This document shows positions 18,891-29,528 of a stretch of DNA of 64,000 nt, piece by piece. The notes under the pieces are model-generated. The model was not told the DNA's origin. It saw only the letters and a program-made list of their open reading frames with translations, and did not search any database. The position numbers and the translations under genes are program-made. How positions within the stretch are numbered: the first letter of the stretch is position 1; every line of letters begins with the position of its first letter. Where the stretch lies: the NCBI GenBank assembly GCA_965224195.1, contig OZ245040.1, forward strand, positions 576,001 to 640,000. The letters are read 5' to 3'. The DNA is from Nitrosopumilus sp. Its GTDB lineage: Archaea > Thermoproteota > Nitrososphaeria > Nitrososphaerales > Nitrosopumilaceae.

Positions 18891-21800
18891 CTAGATTTTC
18901 TCCTTGATTAACAATCGTGGTGCAACGTTAAGACTTTGCATTTCTTGTAATAACAGCTTGAATGCATAAGCTACAGATACAGAAGATACTTTGGCTTTAT
19001 CGCCACAAACTCTACAAACATATTTTCTTTGTTTAACATCATGATATGCAACTAGTCCACATCTCTCACATACAAAAATATCAGCTTTATCAGACTCGTC
19101 TAATAATCTATCTTTAAGAATCATTGAAGCACCGTAAGCAATTAAACAATCTCTTTCCATTTCACCAAATCTTAATCCACCACCTCTTGCTCTTCCTTCA
19201 GTTGGCTGTTTAGTTAACATCTGAACTTGCCCACGAGCTCTTGCATGGATTTTATCTGCAACCATGTGGTGTAGCTTTTGATAGTATACAACTCCAATGA
19301 AAACATCTACTGGAAATGGTTTTCCAGTTCTTCCATCATACATTATTTCTTTACCAGAATATTCAAAACCATGTGCATCCATTACTTCTTTGACTTCAGA
19401 CATTTTCTCTCCAACAAATGCAGAACCATCAAATTTTTTTCCACGTAATGCTGCTGCTTTACCACAAATAGATTCCATCATCATTCCAACTGTCATTCTT
19501 GAAGGGAATGCATGTGGATTAATCAAAACATCAGGAGACATTCCACTTGCAGTATATGGTAAATCTTCTGCTTTAGCTAAAATTCCAAGTACACCTTTTT
19601 GTCCATGTCTTGATGCAAATTTATCACCAATTTCAGGAATTCTCATATCTCTTGCTCTAATTTTATACATTTTTCCTCCTTCATTTGATTGAGTCATAAC
19701 TACAGTGTCAATTACTCCAGTTTCAGAAGGTCTTACGCCAATTGAAGTATCTCGTCTGTATGGACCGGATGATTCGAATTCTCTATACTCTTCCATAAAT
19801 CTCGGAGGACTAGTTTTTCCAATTAAAATGTCTCCACCTTTAACTGGAGATTCTGATGCAACTACACCATCGTCTTCAAGTAATCTGTATGCACGTTCTC
19901 CTTTGTAACCTCTAATGTTATCTTCAGCATTTGGAATTTCAAAGCTATCACGCATTCCACCAGGATATTGTTTTGCTTCAGCATCATAAATTCTAAAGAA
20001 GAATGTTCTACCTAGACCTCGATCAACAGATGATTGACTCAATACAATAGCATCTTCAATGTTGTAACCATCAAATGGTAATACTGCAACAACACAATTC
20101 TGACCAGCAGGTCTATCTTCCAATCCTAAAAGTTTCATTGCTTTTGTATTAACAATTGGAACTTGAGGATATAACATAAAGTGTTGTCTAACATAAGTAC
20201 TAGTATTCATCATAGGAGTAGAAAATCCTAAACTTTGTTTTGCCATTGCAGATTCGTATGTGTTTCTTGGAGATTGGTTATGTTCAGGATATGGAATAAT
20301 TGAAGCTCCTGCACCTAGAATGGATGGTGGGAAAACTTCTAAGTGAGTGTGTTTCTTGGCATCTTTTTCATCTAGTGTAACATAACAATTTTCTTCTTCG
20401 TTTGCATCAATCATTTCCAAGATACCCATTCGCAAAAGATCAGTCCAAGAAAGTAATTTCTTTGAAATTTTATCTAATAATTCTGAAGTTAGCAATGGTT
20501 TGTTATCTTTGATAATAATTAATGGACGTAATACTCTACCAGCATTACAATTGACATATAGTCTTCTTGTTGATCCTTCAATGTCAGATTTATGAAAAGA
20601 TACTCCAACATGTGGATGAATCTTTGAATTTCTTCTTAAGTCTCTAAGGGATTGAGCTAGTTCTCCACCATCTTTGTAATAACCAATTAATCGACCATCT
20701 ACAAATATACGAGTTCCATCTTTTTTCAAATCTTCTTTTGCATCAAAGAAGTGAACAGTTCCAAGATCATAGAGTTTTTCTATAATTTCTTCATTTGGTA
20801 CATTTACCGAGATGATTCCAGATAAGGCTAAATTTTTCACCAAACCACAGTTTGAACCTTCAGGAGTTTCACTGGGACAAATTCTTCCAAAGTGAGTTGC
20901 ATGCAAATCTCTTGCTTCAAAGTTTGGTTGAGTTCTACTTAGTGGAGATTGAATTCTTCTAAGATGACTGATCGTTGAAAGATAATTGGTTCTATCAAGT
21001 AATTGTGTAACACCAACACGTCCTCGTCCCCAGTTTCCTGTTGCAATTGCATTGTTTAATTTATCAGTAATAATTCCCGGACGTATTGCTGCAGCGACTG
21101 CATTAATTCCACGTTTTTGACCAGAACGTTCAAGTTGATATTTCATGTCTCTAACTAAATTTCTAAATGCAGTTCTAAACAGATCTGCTAACATTTGTCC
21201 CGCAAATTTGATTACTTTATTTCCATAATGATCTTTATCATCAGGAGTAATCCAATCGAGTTTTAATTCTAATAATTTACAAGATGCTTCACCTAAGAAC
21301 TGGGCTTTTTCTTTTCTGTTTTCTGGATGTTTACCCAAGTGAGGTAAGAGTCCCCAATCAAGTAATGTTTCAGCACGTTTAATCTGGAATTCCTCTAACA
21401 TTCCAGGTGCAATTCTTTTACTTATGTAAACAATAGCGTCTTTGGATGTTGGAACATCCCCTGCTTTTTCAAAAGAGCCTTCTAATTCATCTTGAATATC
21501 ATCAACTAGTGAAACTACAGATGCAATTTCTCTATCAGATTCTAATCCAAGTGCTCTCATTAATGTGACAACTGGAATATCAACTGGTGAACCAGGAATT
21601 CGGGCTACAATCAAACCATCGTTTTTCATGACAAGTTCTAATTTTGCACGATAACCAACAATTGAAGAATATACTTTGGCTTTGAAAACAATATTTCCAC
21701 CTACAGTTTCTTTATCAACAATTATTTTGTTATAAGAAAGATCTTCTAATCCAACAATCACACGTTCTGAACCGTTGATAATAAAATAACCGCCAGGATC

Positions 21801-22238
21801 CTGTGGATCTTCACCATGTTCAATTAATTTTTGAGAAGAGAAATTATGTAAGATACATGCATTGGATTTTGCCATCACGGGTACGTCTCCAATATGTACA
21901 AATCTAGATTCTAAAATTTTTCCATCTTCTACAACACTGGCCTCCATCATAACCGGTGCAGAATAAGAAACATTTCTCAATCTTGCTTCAGCTGGAGTAA
22001 TGTGTGTGATAGAACCATCAAGTTCCATCATTCTTGGTTGTTGAAGTTTAACTTTACCTAGTTGAATTTTGTAAGGGTATTCTGCATTTTCGATATCAAT
22101 TTGTCCAACTTCATTTATGATACTTTGAAGTCCTCTTTCAAGAAATTCATCAAATGAGTTTAGATGTTGACGTGCAATACCTTCTCGTTTTAAAATGTCT
22201 TGAATTACTGGCCATCTTTTAGTTGAAGGATCTGCCAT
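18891..22238 (-). CDS. rpoB: DNA-directed RNA polymerase subunit B (Rpo2)
   Basis: GDKFASRHGQKG, GGLRFGEMERDC and C-terminal Zn ribbon. Confidence 0.98.
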   Translation of the reverse strand: MADPSTKRWPVIQDILKREGIARQHLNSFDEFLERGLQSIINEVGQIDIENAEYPYKIQLGKVKLQQPRMMELDGSITHITPAEARLRNVSYSAPVMMEASVVEDGKILESRFVHIGDVPVMAKSNACILHNFSSQKLIEHGEDPQDPGGYFIINGSERVIVGLEDLSYNKIIVDKETVGGNIVFKAKVYSSIVGYRAKLELVMKNDGLIVARIPGSPVDIPVVTLMRALGLESDREIASVVSLVDDIQDELEGSFEKAGDVPTSKDAIVYISKRIAPGMLEEFQIKRAETLLDWGLLPHLGKHPENRKEKAQFLGEASCKLLELKLDWITPDDKDHYGNKVIKFAGQMLADLFRTAFRNLVRDMKYQLERSGQKRGINAVAAAIRPGIITDKLNNAIATGNWGRGRVGVTQLLDRTNYLSTISHLRRIQSPLSRTQPNFEARDLHATHFGRICPSETPEGSNCGLVKNLALSGIISVNVPNEEIIEKLYDLGTVHFFDAKEDLKKDGTRIFVDGRLIGYYKDGGELAQSLRDLRRNSKIHPHVGVSFHKSDIEGSTRRLYVNCNAGRVLRPLIIIKDNKPLLTSELLDKISKKLLSWTDLLRMGILEMIDANEEENCYVTLDEKDAKKHTHLEVFPPSILGAGASIIPYPEHNQSPRNTYESAMAKQSLGFSTPMMNTSTYVRQHFMLYPQVPIVNTKAMKLLGLEDRPAGQNCVVAVLPFDGYNIEDAIVLSQSSVDRGLGRTFFFRIYDAEAKQYPGGMRDSFEIPNAEDNIRGYKGERAYRLLEDDGVVASESPVKGGDILIGKTSPPRFMEEYREFESSGPYRRDTSIGVRPSETGVIDTVVMTQSNEGGKMYKIRARDMRIPEIGDKFASRHGQKGVLGILAKAEDLPYTASGMSPDVLINPHAFPSRMTVGMMMESICGKAAALRGKKFDGSAFVGEKMSEVKEVMDAHGFEYSGKEIMYDGRTGKPFPVDVFIGVVYYQKLHHMVADKIHARARGQVQMLTKQPTEGRARGGGLRFGEMERDCLIAYGASMILKDRLLDESDKADIFVCERCGLVAYHDVKQRKYVCRVCGDKAKVSSVSVAYAFKLLLQEMQSLNVAPRLLIKEKI

Positions 22239-22490
22239 TTAGATTTCCACCACATATCGATAATAGAGACTTTCACCAGCAGTTGGACTTTTTCTAGTGA
22301 TTTTTATCATATCACCTGGTTTTACACCAAGTCCCAAAATTGCAGGATCGTTTACAAAGATTAGTGGTAATTCAGTTGGTTTACAATTGTATTTTTTTAA
22401 AACTTCTTCGGCTTCTTGTTTTGTAATAATTTCATGTTTTGGGACATAGATATGATCAGGTACTAGTACTTGATTTTTCTTAGTTGCCAT
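22239..22490 (-). CDS. rpoH: DNA-directed RNA polymerase subunit H (Rpo5)
   Basis: H.YVPKHE, LP.I...DP and I.RKSPTAGE..YYR.V. Confidence 0.96.
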   Translation of the reverse strand: MATKKNQVLVPDHIYVPKHEIITKQEAEEVLKKYNCKPTELPLIFVNDPAILGLGVKPGDMIKITRKSPTAGESLYYRYVVEI

Positions 22491-22664
22491 TTAGAATACC
22501 CCACATCGAACATAACATGTAACACTAATGAAAACACACAAACTGTCAAAAATTCACGCTCGGGTTAATATATATGTAATTTGAAATTGTGTGGAAAACA
22601 GTCTTTTTCTATTTAGTCAACAAATTTTTTCACAACCTTAAATAGTCCAGATCTGAGCGTAAAA

Positions 22665-23501
22665 ATGATGAAAGATCATCTATCGGTGTTTGCCTTAACT
22701 GCAATTTTGATTGTAAGTATTGGTATGGCACCAGCATTTGGACAAATACAAAGCTCAATTGTTGTTACTACAGACAAATCTTCCTATTCAGAAGGTGAGA
22801 CAATTCTAGTAACAGGTGAAGTAAGAGATCTGTATTCAGGAACTCCAGTTAGTATAATCATCAAGGCTCCTAATGGAAATATTGTAAGAATTGCACAAGA
22901 AACAGTAGGTGCAGACAAGAAATTCAGTATGGAACATACAGCCGGTGGAGGATTAATGAAAACAGAAGGAATCTATTCGGTTACAGTAACTTACGGAACT
23001 GTAAATCGAACAGCAGAAGCATCATTTGAATTTGGAGGTTCTACAGTTATTCCAACTGAAGATCCATCCACAGTAACTGATACTACATTTTCAGTTCAAG
23101 GTTCTAGTGATTTAGTAGGATATGAAATTACAGGTGGAAAACTATTAGGTGTTTCACCTGATGTGGAATCAAATTCACTCATCATATCTATTGATGCTAC
23201 AAGCGATGGTTCACTCACACTCACAATCCCTAGATCAGTATTAGATGCAACAATCAATGGTGGAGATGACGACTTTTTCGTCTTAATTGATGGAGAAGAA
23301 GGAGACTTTGATGAAACAACGTCATCAACGGACAGAACACTCACCATAGCATTCCCAGCAGGGGCTGAAGAGATTGAAATAGTTGGTACCTTTGTAGTCC
23401 CAGAATTTGGTACAATCGCAGTTATGATTCTATCAATTGCAATTATCTCAATAATTGCAGTTTCTGCAAAATCAAAACTTAGTATTATACCAAGATACTA
23501 A
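22665..23501 (+). CDS. PEFG-CTERM sorting-domain surface protein 1
   Basis: Signal peptide, Ig-like domain, VVPEFG-TM-basic tail. Confidence 0.9.
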   Translation: MMKDHLSVFALTAILIVSIGMAPAFGQIQSSIVVTTDKSSYSEGETILVTGEVRDLYSGTPVSIIIKAPNGNIVRIAQETVGADKKFSMEHTAGGGLMKTEGIYSVTVTYGTVNRTAEASFEFGGSTVIPTEDPSTVTDTTFSVQGSSDLVGYEITGGKLLGVSPDVESNSLIISIDATSDGSLTLTIPRSVLDATINGGDDDFFVLIDGEEGDFDETTSSTDRTLTIAFPAGAEEIEIVGTFVVPEFGTIAVMILSIAIISIIAVSAKSKLSIIPRY

Positions 23502-23563
23502 ATTTTATCTTTTTTCTCATTTTTAAATATACATAAATAGCAATAATGCTGGGTGAAATTAGG

Positions 23564-24424
23564 ATGAATTTTAAACGTTCTACAACATCAATGGCAATAG
23601 TCATCATGACATTGTCATTAGTTTTAGTGACTTCAATTCAACAAGATGCTTTTGCACAACAAAGTCAAGGAATGTCGATCATGGCAACAGCCGATAAAGG
23701 CTCAACCACAATCACCGTAACAGGTGAAACAGTTTCAGATCTTACAGATGTCACATTTAGGATAACATCTCCGAGTATGACTGTAGTAGAGATTGGTCAA
23801 CTTTCACCAGACGTTGATGGTAAGTTTGTAAAAGAATTCAAAGTCGGACCAACATGGACTGAGGATGGGCTTTACAAAATTACAGTAATGCAAGGTATAG
23901 GAAATAATTCATTATACACACTAAATGTTCTTGTTGAAGTAGTAAATGGTATGACTGAAAGAACTTCCGTAACAGAATCTAATATGGAAGGAGTTTTCAC
24001 AATACCTCAAAACAATGCTGCAACAGATGCAGGACTCATGCTCGATGCAATTGTTATCGAAAATGGTTCTACAATGTTTGAAGTCACAGGATTGACTGAT
24101 AGAGTAAGTCAAGATATCACAGTAACCGTAACAGCACCAAATGGAAATGTGGTAACAATTGATCAAATATCACCAATGCTTAGTGGAGAATTCGCTGCCG
24201 AAATTGCAGTAGGTGGATCATTATGGAAACAAGATGGTTTTTACACTGTAACTGTACAACAATTTGACGATCCAAAATACACTGATTCAACTGAAGTAGA
24301 CATATTGGACGGAGTTGTAGTACCAGAATTTGGTACAATCGCAGCTATGATTCTAGCAGTAGCAATTATCTCAATAATTGTAGTTTCTGCAAAATCAAAA
24401 CTCAGCATTATACCAAGATACTAA
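23564..24424 (+). CDS. PEFG-CTERM sorting-domain surface protein 2
   Basis: Two Ig-like repeats (W..DG.Y.V.V), VVPEFG-TM tail; start set at MNFK. Confidence 0.9.
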   Translation: MNFKRSTTSMAIVIMTLSLVLVTSIQQDAFAQQSQGMSIMATADKGSTTITVTGETVSDLTDVTFRITSPSMTVVEIGQLSPDVDGKFVKEFKVGPTWTEDGLYKITVMQGIGNNSLYTLNVLVEVVNGMTERTSVTESNMEGVFTIPQNNAATDAGLMLDAIVIENGSTMFEVTGLTDRVSQDITVTVTAPNGNVVTIDQISPMLSGEFAAEIAVGGSLWKQDGFYTVTVQQFDDPKYTDSTEVDILDGVVVPEFGTIAAMILAVAIISIIVVSAKSKLSIIPRY

Positions 24425-24443
24425 AAGTCACACAACTTTTTTC
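24323..24443 (+). repeat. 121-bp exact direct repeat, copy 1 (PEFG tail plus 3' flank)
   Basis: Identical to 25277-25397 by direct comparison. Confidence 0.9.
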
Positions 24444-24490
24444 TCATTTTTAAATATACATAAATAGAGACGGATGCAAATCGCAACAAG

Positions 24491-25378
24491 ATGAACAACC
24501 GTACGACGTTCGCGTTACTAGCCTTAATGACTGCAGTCGGTACTTTAACTATGTCATCAGCATATGCAGCAGATATTCCTGAAGCATGTGTAGGATGTTC
24601 CATGGAGGACGCAAGAGAAACCGCAAAACAAAGTTTACTTGATGCAATCCCAGTATCTGTTTGGACAGACAAAACAGATTATGGTCATAATGACATAATT
24701 ATGGTAACAGGCCAAGTAGCAAACACATCTGGATTTCCAGTTACAATTACTGTGATTAGTCCTCTAAATTCCATTGTTACAATTGATCAACTCGTTGTAG
24801 CAGCAGATGGAACTTTTGAGACAACACTAAACACAGCAGGTGCAATGTGGAAATACGACGGTACCTACACCATTAAAGCAAACTATGGTAGTGTTGAAAA
24901 AAGCAACAATGCCAAAGTTGAACTAACTGGTGGAGTTGCATATACACCAATTTACACAACACCAACACATGACAAACAATGTAGTTCTGATGAACTATCT
25001 GCAAGTGGTCAATGCGTACCATTTAGCATTTCAGGTGGAATGGTAACTAGTGCAACCCTCAATACTAATGATAATTCAATTGTCATTAGCATCAATGCCG
25101 AAGATGACGGAACATTAACAATATCACCATCAGCAACAGTCCAAGAAGGTATCTTCATGGTACTAGTTGACGGAGAAGAATGTAATGAACCTGAATGTGA
25201 AATTACTGGAAACAAAGTAACAGTAATGTTCTCAGCTGGCACTGAAACAATTGAAATAATCGGTACCCATGTGATTCCAGAATTTGGTACAATCGCAGCT
25301 ATGATTCTAGCAGTAGCAATTATCTCAATAATTGTAGTTTCTGCAAAATCAAAACTCAGCATTATACCAAGATACTAA
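24491..25378 (+). CDS. PEFG-CTERM sorting-domain surface protein 3
   Basis: Signal peptide, CVGC motif, Ig-like domain, VIPEFG-TM tail. Confidence 0.9.
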   Translation: MNNRTTFALLALMTAVGTLTMSSAYAADIPEACVGCSMEDARETAKQSLLDAIPVSVWTDKTDYGHNDIIMVTGQVANTSGFPVTITVISPLNSIVTIDQLVVAADGTFETTLNTAGAMWKYDGTYTIKANYGSVEKSNNAKVELTGGVAYTPIYTTPTHDKQCSSDELSASGQCVPFSISGGMVTSATLNTNDNSIVISINAEDDGTLTISPSATVQEGIFMVLVDGEECNEPECEITGNKVTVMFSAGTETIEIIGTHVIPEFGTIAAMILAVAIISIIVVSAKSKLSIIPRY

Positions 25379-25397
25379 AAGTCACACAACTTTTTTC
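25277..25397 (+). repeat. 121-bp exact direct repeat, copy 2
   Basis: Identical to 24323-24443. Confidence 0.9.
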
Positions 25398-25443
25398 ATT
25401 TTTTAATAGTAAAGGAAATATACAAACAAGTATTGAAAAGTTT

Positions 25444-26256
25444 GTGGGTTTGAGAATATTTTATGGCCTCATATTATTACTGATGATTTCCACTGGAACA
25501 GTTTTTGCTCAAGAATCCCCAGTTTCTGTTCAAACAGATGACAATCATTATGATGAAGGAGATACCATCGTAATTTCAGGAAAAGTAAATACGCCAATAG
25601 ATGGTGTAAATGTTGTATTACAATTATTTTCAGAAGGTAACATGGTAGAAATTGCACAGATTACGGTTGCAAAAGATGGAAGTTATTCACATACAGTACT
25701 TGCTGAAGGTCCTCTATGGAAAAAAACAGGTACATATCTAGTAAAAGCCTCATATGAAGTTGGAGGAGGAACTTCGGTGGAATCAGAATTTTCCTATTCT
25801 CCAAAATCAGAAGTAATTACAACAACAACGAATTTTGAAGTAGATGCAGGAAATCATGGAACGTTTGATGTAGAATACACTATCAAGGGGGGCACACTCA
25901 AAAATATGATAATAGACGCGGAAATATTTGCATTAATAGTTCAAATAGATGCTACTGACGAAGGAGTGATCACATTAGATATACCAAGGGAATTCATAGG
26001 AGCTGAAAAACAAGATGGAAAAGATGACACATTCATAATACTAATAGATGGAATTGAAGTAAGTCCAGAAGAGACGTCAATAGTAGGCGGAGATTCCAGA
26101 GTAATATCAATTGGGTTTGAACAAGGAGATTCAGATATAGAGATAATTGGAACTTATGTAGTTCCAGAATTTGGAAGTATTGTTATGGCAATATTGATAA
26201 TAGGAATAATGACCACTATACTAATTTCAAGAAACAAATTAGGAATTAAAATTTAA
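25444..26256 (+). CDS. PEFG-CTERM sorting-domain surface protein 4
   Basis: Signal peptide, Ig-like domain, VVPEFG-TM tail that is more divergent than in genes 1-3. Confidence 0.88.
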   Translation: MGLRIFYGLILLLMISTGTVFAQESPVSVQTDDNHYDEGDTIVISGKVNTPIDGVNVVLQLFSEGNMVEIAQITVAKDGSYSHTVLAEGPLWKKTGTYLVKASYEVGGGTSVESEFSYSPKSEVITTTTNFEVDAGNHGTFDVEYTIKGGTLKNMIIDAEIFALIVQIDATDEGVITLDIPREFIGAEKQDGKDDTFIILIDGIEVSPEETSIVGGDSRVISIGFEQGDSDIEIIGTYVVPEFGSIVMAILIIGIMTTILISRNKLGIKI

Positions 26257-27422
26257 TTTTTTGGTGTAAAAGAATATTTTTCTTTAAATGGTGATACTGA
26301 TCTTAATTCTTCAATAATTTTTTTTAATGAATCCACTATTTGATCAATTTCTTTTTCATTATTAAAAATCCCGAGAGTTAATCTTAAAGAACCAGTAATC
26401 TGTTCATGAGAAAACCCCATTGCATGTAAAACATGTGAAGCCCTTTGAGTATTTACAGAACATGCTGAACCCGTAGAGGCAGCAATTCCATATTCATCAA
26501 GTTTGATAATTAGATCCTCACCATTAACACCTAGAAATGTAAAATGAGCATTGTTGGGTAATCTTGATTTAGGATCTCCATTTAAAGTAACTTCAGGAAT
26601 TTCATCAAAGACTTTTTTAATTAAAAGATCACGAAGTTTTGTGACATATGATATATTTTCACTTAAATTATTTTCAGCAATTTCACATGCTTTACCAAAC
26701 CCTACAATATTTGCAACATTTTCAGTACCAGAACGTAATCCATGTTCCTGACCACCTCCAAAAATTATAGGGTCAATTTGGATACCATTTTTGATGTATA
26801 ATGCACCTATACCCTTAGGACCATGAAGTTTATGAGAAGAAATAGATAGTAAATCTATGCCTAATTCTTTCACATCAATAGGAATCCTGCCAATGGCCTG
26901 AACAGCATCAGTATGAAAAGGGATTTCTTTTTCATGACAGATTTGAGCTATTTCAGAAATTTTTTGAATAGTACCAACTTCATTGTTTCCAAACATTATT
27001 GAAACAAGACAAGTATTGTCAGAGATACAGTTTTTGATCTCAAATGGGTCAATCATTCCAAATTTATCAACAGGTAAATACATAATTTCTAATCCATTTT
27101 GAGACAATTTTTTACATGGTTCTAAAATTGCATCATGTTCGATTGAAGAAGTAATGATATTACTTGTAATATTTTTCATACAGATTCCTCTCAATACAGT
27201 ATTGTTTGATTCTGTACCACCAGAAGTGATCAAAATTTCAGATGGATCAGCATTAATCAATGATGCAATTTGTTTTCTAGATTTTTCAATTGCCTTACGA
27301 GACATCCTACCATATCGATGGATTGATGATGCGTTGCCATATTGTTCTTTAAGATAAGGTAGCATTGAAGCTAAAACATCCTCATGGATTTGAGTAGATG
27401 CCGCATTATCTAGATATATCAA
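26253..27422 (-). CDS. iscS: Cysteine desulfurase (IscS/NifS group I)
   Basis: YLDNAAST, TSGGTESNN, HTDAVQ, SSHKLHGPKGIG and STGSACS. Confidence 0.93.
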   Translation of the reverse strand: MIYLDNAASTQIHEDVLASMLPYLKEQYGNASSIHRYGRMSRKAIEKSRKQIASLINADPSEILITSGGTESNNTVLRGICMKNITSNIITSSIEHDAILEPCKKLSQNGLEIMYLPVDKFGMIDPFEIKNCISDNTCLVSIMFGNNEVGTIQKISEIAQICHEKEIPFHTDAVQAIGRIPIDVKELGIDLLSISSHKLHGPKGIGALYIKNGIQIDPIIFGGGQEHGLRSGTENVANIVGFGKACEIAENNLSENISYVTKLRDLLIKKVFDEIPEVTLNGDPKSRLPNNAHFTFLGVNGEDLIIKLDEYGIAASTGSACSVNTQRASHVLHAMGFSHEQITGSLRLTLGIFNNEKEIDQIVDSLKKIIEELRSVSPFKEKYSFTPKN

Positions 27423-28216
27423 TCTGCAATCACATTAATTTTACCAGGTTTATAGCCTTCCGGATCAACTTCAACAGAAGTAAAACCAATTATCTGTAAT
27501 TTTTCAGTGATTTGTTTCAAAATAATTTCAGTAAATTTAGATAACATTTGTTTTTCAACTTCAATTTTTGCAGATCCATCAATATCTCGAACTCTAACTT
27601 GTTTTACTTGTGTAAGTTGTTTAACTATAATTTCACCATATTCAATTCGAATTAATTTTTCAGCAGTTACTCTTTGACCCCATGGAATTCGTGAAGCTAA
27701 ACATGAATTTGATGGTTTGTCAAATACAGATAATCCAACTGTCTTAGCAAATTTTCGAATTTGGGATTTTGAAAAATTAGTTTCTACAAGAGGGCTCCTA
27801 ATTCCATTTAGTTTTAATGCCTCAATTCCAGGTCGGTAATCACCTAAATCATCAAGATTGGTTCCATCTACAATAATATCCACATTTTGATCTTTTGCCA
27901 ATTTAATCAGATGATCTCCTAATTCCATCCTACAGTGAAAACACCTATCAGAGTCATTTTTTGTAAAGTTTTCATTCTCAAGTTCACTATAATCCAAAAG
28001 AAGTTGTTTGATGCCTATTTCAGTGCACACTTGTTTAGCGGTATCCAGTTCTTCAGCAGACAAAGTCTTGTAATCAGCAGTTACTGCAATAGCTGAAGAT
28101 CCAAGTTTTTGAAATGCAGCATATGCAACAAGTGCACTGTCAACTCCACCTGAAAGGGCAATCATAACTTTGTTTTTGTCTTCAAACCAATTTACAAGAT
28201 CATCAAGTTTTGTCAT
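27419..28216 (-). CDS. larE: ATP-dependent sulfur transferase LarE
   Basis: SGGVDS PP-loop, RCFHC, DGTN.DD..DYRPG and KPSNSCLASR. Confidence 0.92.
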   Translation of the reverse strand: MTKLDDLVNWFEDKNKVMIALSGGVDSALVAYAAFQKLGSSAIAVTADYKTLSAEELDTAKQVCTEIGIKQLLLDYSELENENFTKNDSDRCFHCRMELGDHLIKLAKDQNVDIIVDGTNLDDLGDYRPGIEALKLNGIRSPLVETNFSKSQIRKFAKTVGLSVFDKPSNSCLASRIPWGQRVTAEKLIRIEYGEIIVKQLTQVKQVRVRDIDGSAKIEVEKQMLSKFTEIILKQITEKLQIIGFTSVEVDPEGYKPGKINVIAD

Positions 28217-29439
28217 TAATTAATCTCCAATTTTTCAATTTCTTTTCTCAATAAAACTTCTGTTTCTTTAATTGATTTATCAATAATATTGGAAATTTTT
28301 TTCAGGTCATCAAATTCTATTTTAAAATCAATTTTACCTTTAAATGATGATTTTTTGTAATGCACTTTAAATGATTGATTATTCATAATAATTGAAACAT
28401 CATGCTTTGTTCTAGGAACAAGAAATCTATTAGAATCTGAAATTCTAATTCCCAAAGTTCCAGTTTCTAATACCAAAGTGTCTATAATTTCATCAACAGT
28501 TTCATTAGTACAAATTACAGAAACCAAATTTGTTGGTCTGCCTTTCTTTGTAATTCCATGGTAAATTGAGACATCTCGTGCCCCTTTATCCATAATTTTT
28601 TCAATCAAATTTCCTAAAATCTCACCTGAAATATCATCAACATTTGTTTCAAGGATTTTTACAGAATCTATTTCAAAATTATTACCGGTGCCTCTTACAA
28701 TTTTTAAAACATTAGAAAAAGTTTCAAAATCTTTCTGCCCTGCACCATATCCAATAGATTCCAACTTTAGTTGAGGATAATATTTTGCAGATTCATCTAC
28801 TAAATTTACCAAAATACAGGCTCCAGTAGGAGTTGTAAGTTCTTCATTTGCATCATTTCCTTTAATTTCAAGATTTGAGTTTTTGAAAATTTCAAGAATA
28901 GCACTTGCAGGATTTGACATGGTACCATGAGAAAAGGTTACAGAACCACCTCCAACTGCAACAGGTAAACAAATGATTTTTTCATCAAACAATCCCAAAT
29001 CTTCCAATGCAATTGTAATTCCAATAATATCCACTAGAGTGTCAATACTAGATGTTTCGTGAAAATGAACAGATTCTGTAGGAATTCCATGAATTTTAGA
29101 TTCTGAAAAAATCAAAGTATCAATGCACGATTCTGCAAAAGATGCTGCTTTTGGGGACAAGTTGATTTTTTGAGCAGATTCAATAATAGCACTTTTAATT
29201 TCAGAGCCTTTTCTTTCATGAATATCTTCATCAATTTCTAAAACCAAATGAAGGGATTCAACTCCATGTTTTTGGATTTTTTCAAAATCAATTTTTTTTA
29301 TTGTAGAATTAGAAAGGAATTTTTCTGATTGTTTGATTCCTAAAATAATCTTATTTTTGTCAGCGCCAAGATCCACTAATGAGCAAAGAAGCATATCTCC
29401 AGATATACCTGCAATCTGAGGATCAATTACAAGAACCAT
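28216..29439 (-). CDS. larC: Nickel insertion protein LarC
   Basis: GISGDM, HG...E.VHFHE, EL.TPTGA, GYGAG, ETNVDD and ETGTLGIR. Confidence 0.92.
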   Translation of the reverse strand: MVLVIDPQIAGISGDMLLCSLVDLGADKNKIILGIKQSEKFLSNSTIKKIDFEKIQKHGVESLHLVLEIDEDIHERKGSEIKSAIIESAQKINLSPKAASFAESCIDTLIFSESKIHGIPTESVHFHETSSIDTLVDIIGITIALEDLGLFDEKIICLPVAVGGGSVTFSHGTMSNPASAILEIFKNSNLEIKGNDANEELTTPTGACILVNLVDESAKYYPQLKLESIGYGAGQKDFETFSNVLKIVRGTGNNFEIDSVKILETNVDDISGEILGNLIEKIMDKGARDVSIYHGITKKGRPTNLVSVICTNETVDEIIDTLVLETGTLGIRISDSNRFLVPRTKHDVSIIMNNQSFKVHYKKSSFKGKIDFKIEFDDLKKISNIIDKSIKETEVLLRKEIEKLEIN

Positions 29440-29528
29440 GATTCAAAATTATCAAAAATGCTTATAAATTCGACTAATATTTCATGAATTTCATTAGATT
29501 TAATTATTCAAAATCAACACAGATTTTC

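Noticed and set aside
22665-26256. Diversity-generating retroelement TR/VR pair among the PEFG tails
   Set aside because: No reverse transcriptase in the window; two copies are identical and the gene-1 differences are not adenine-specific.
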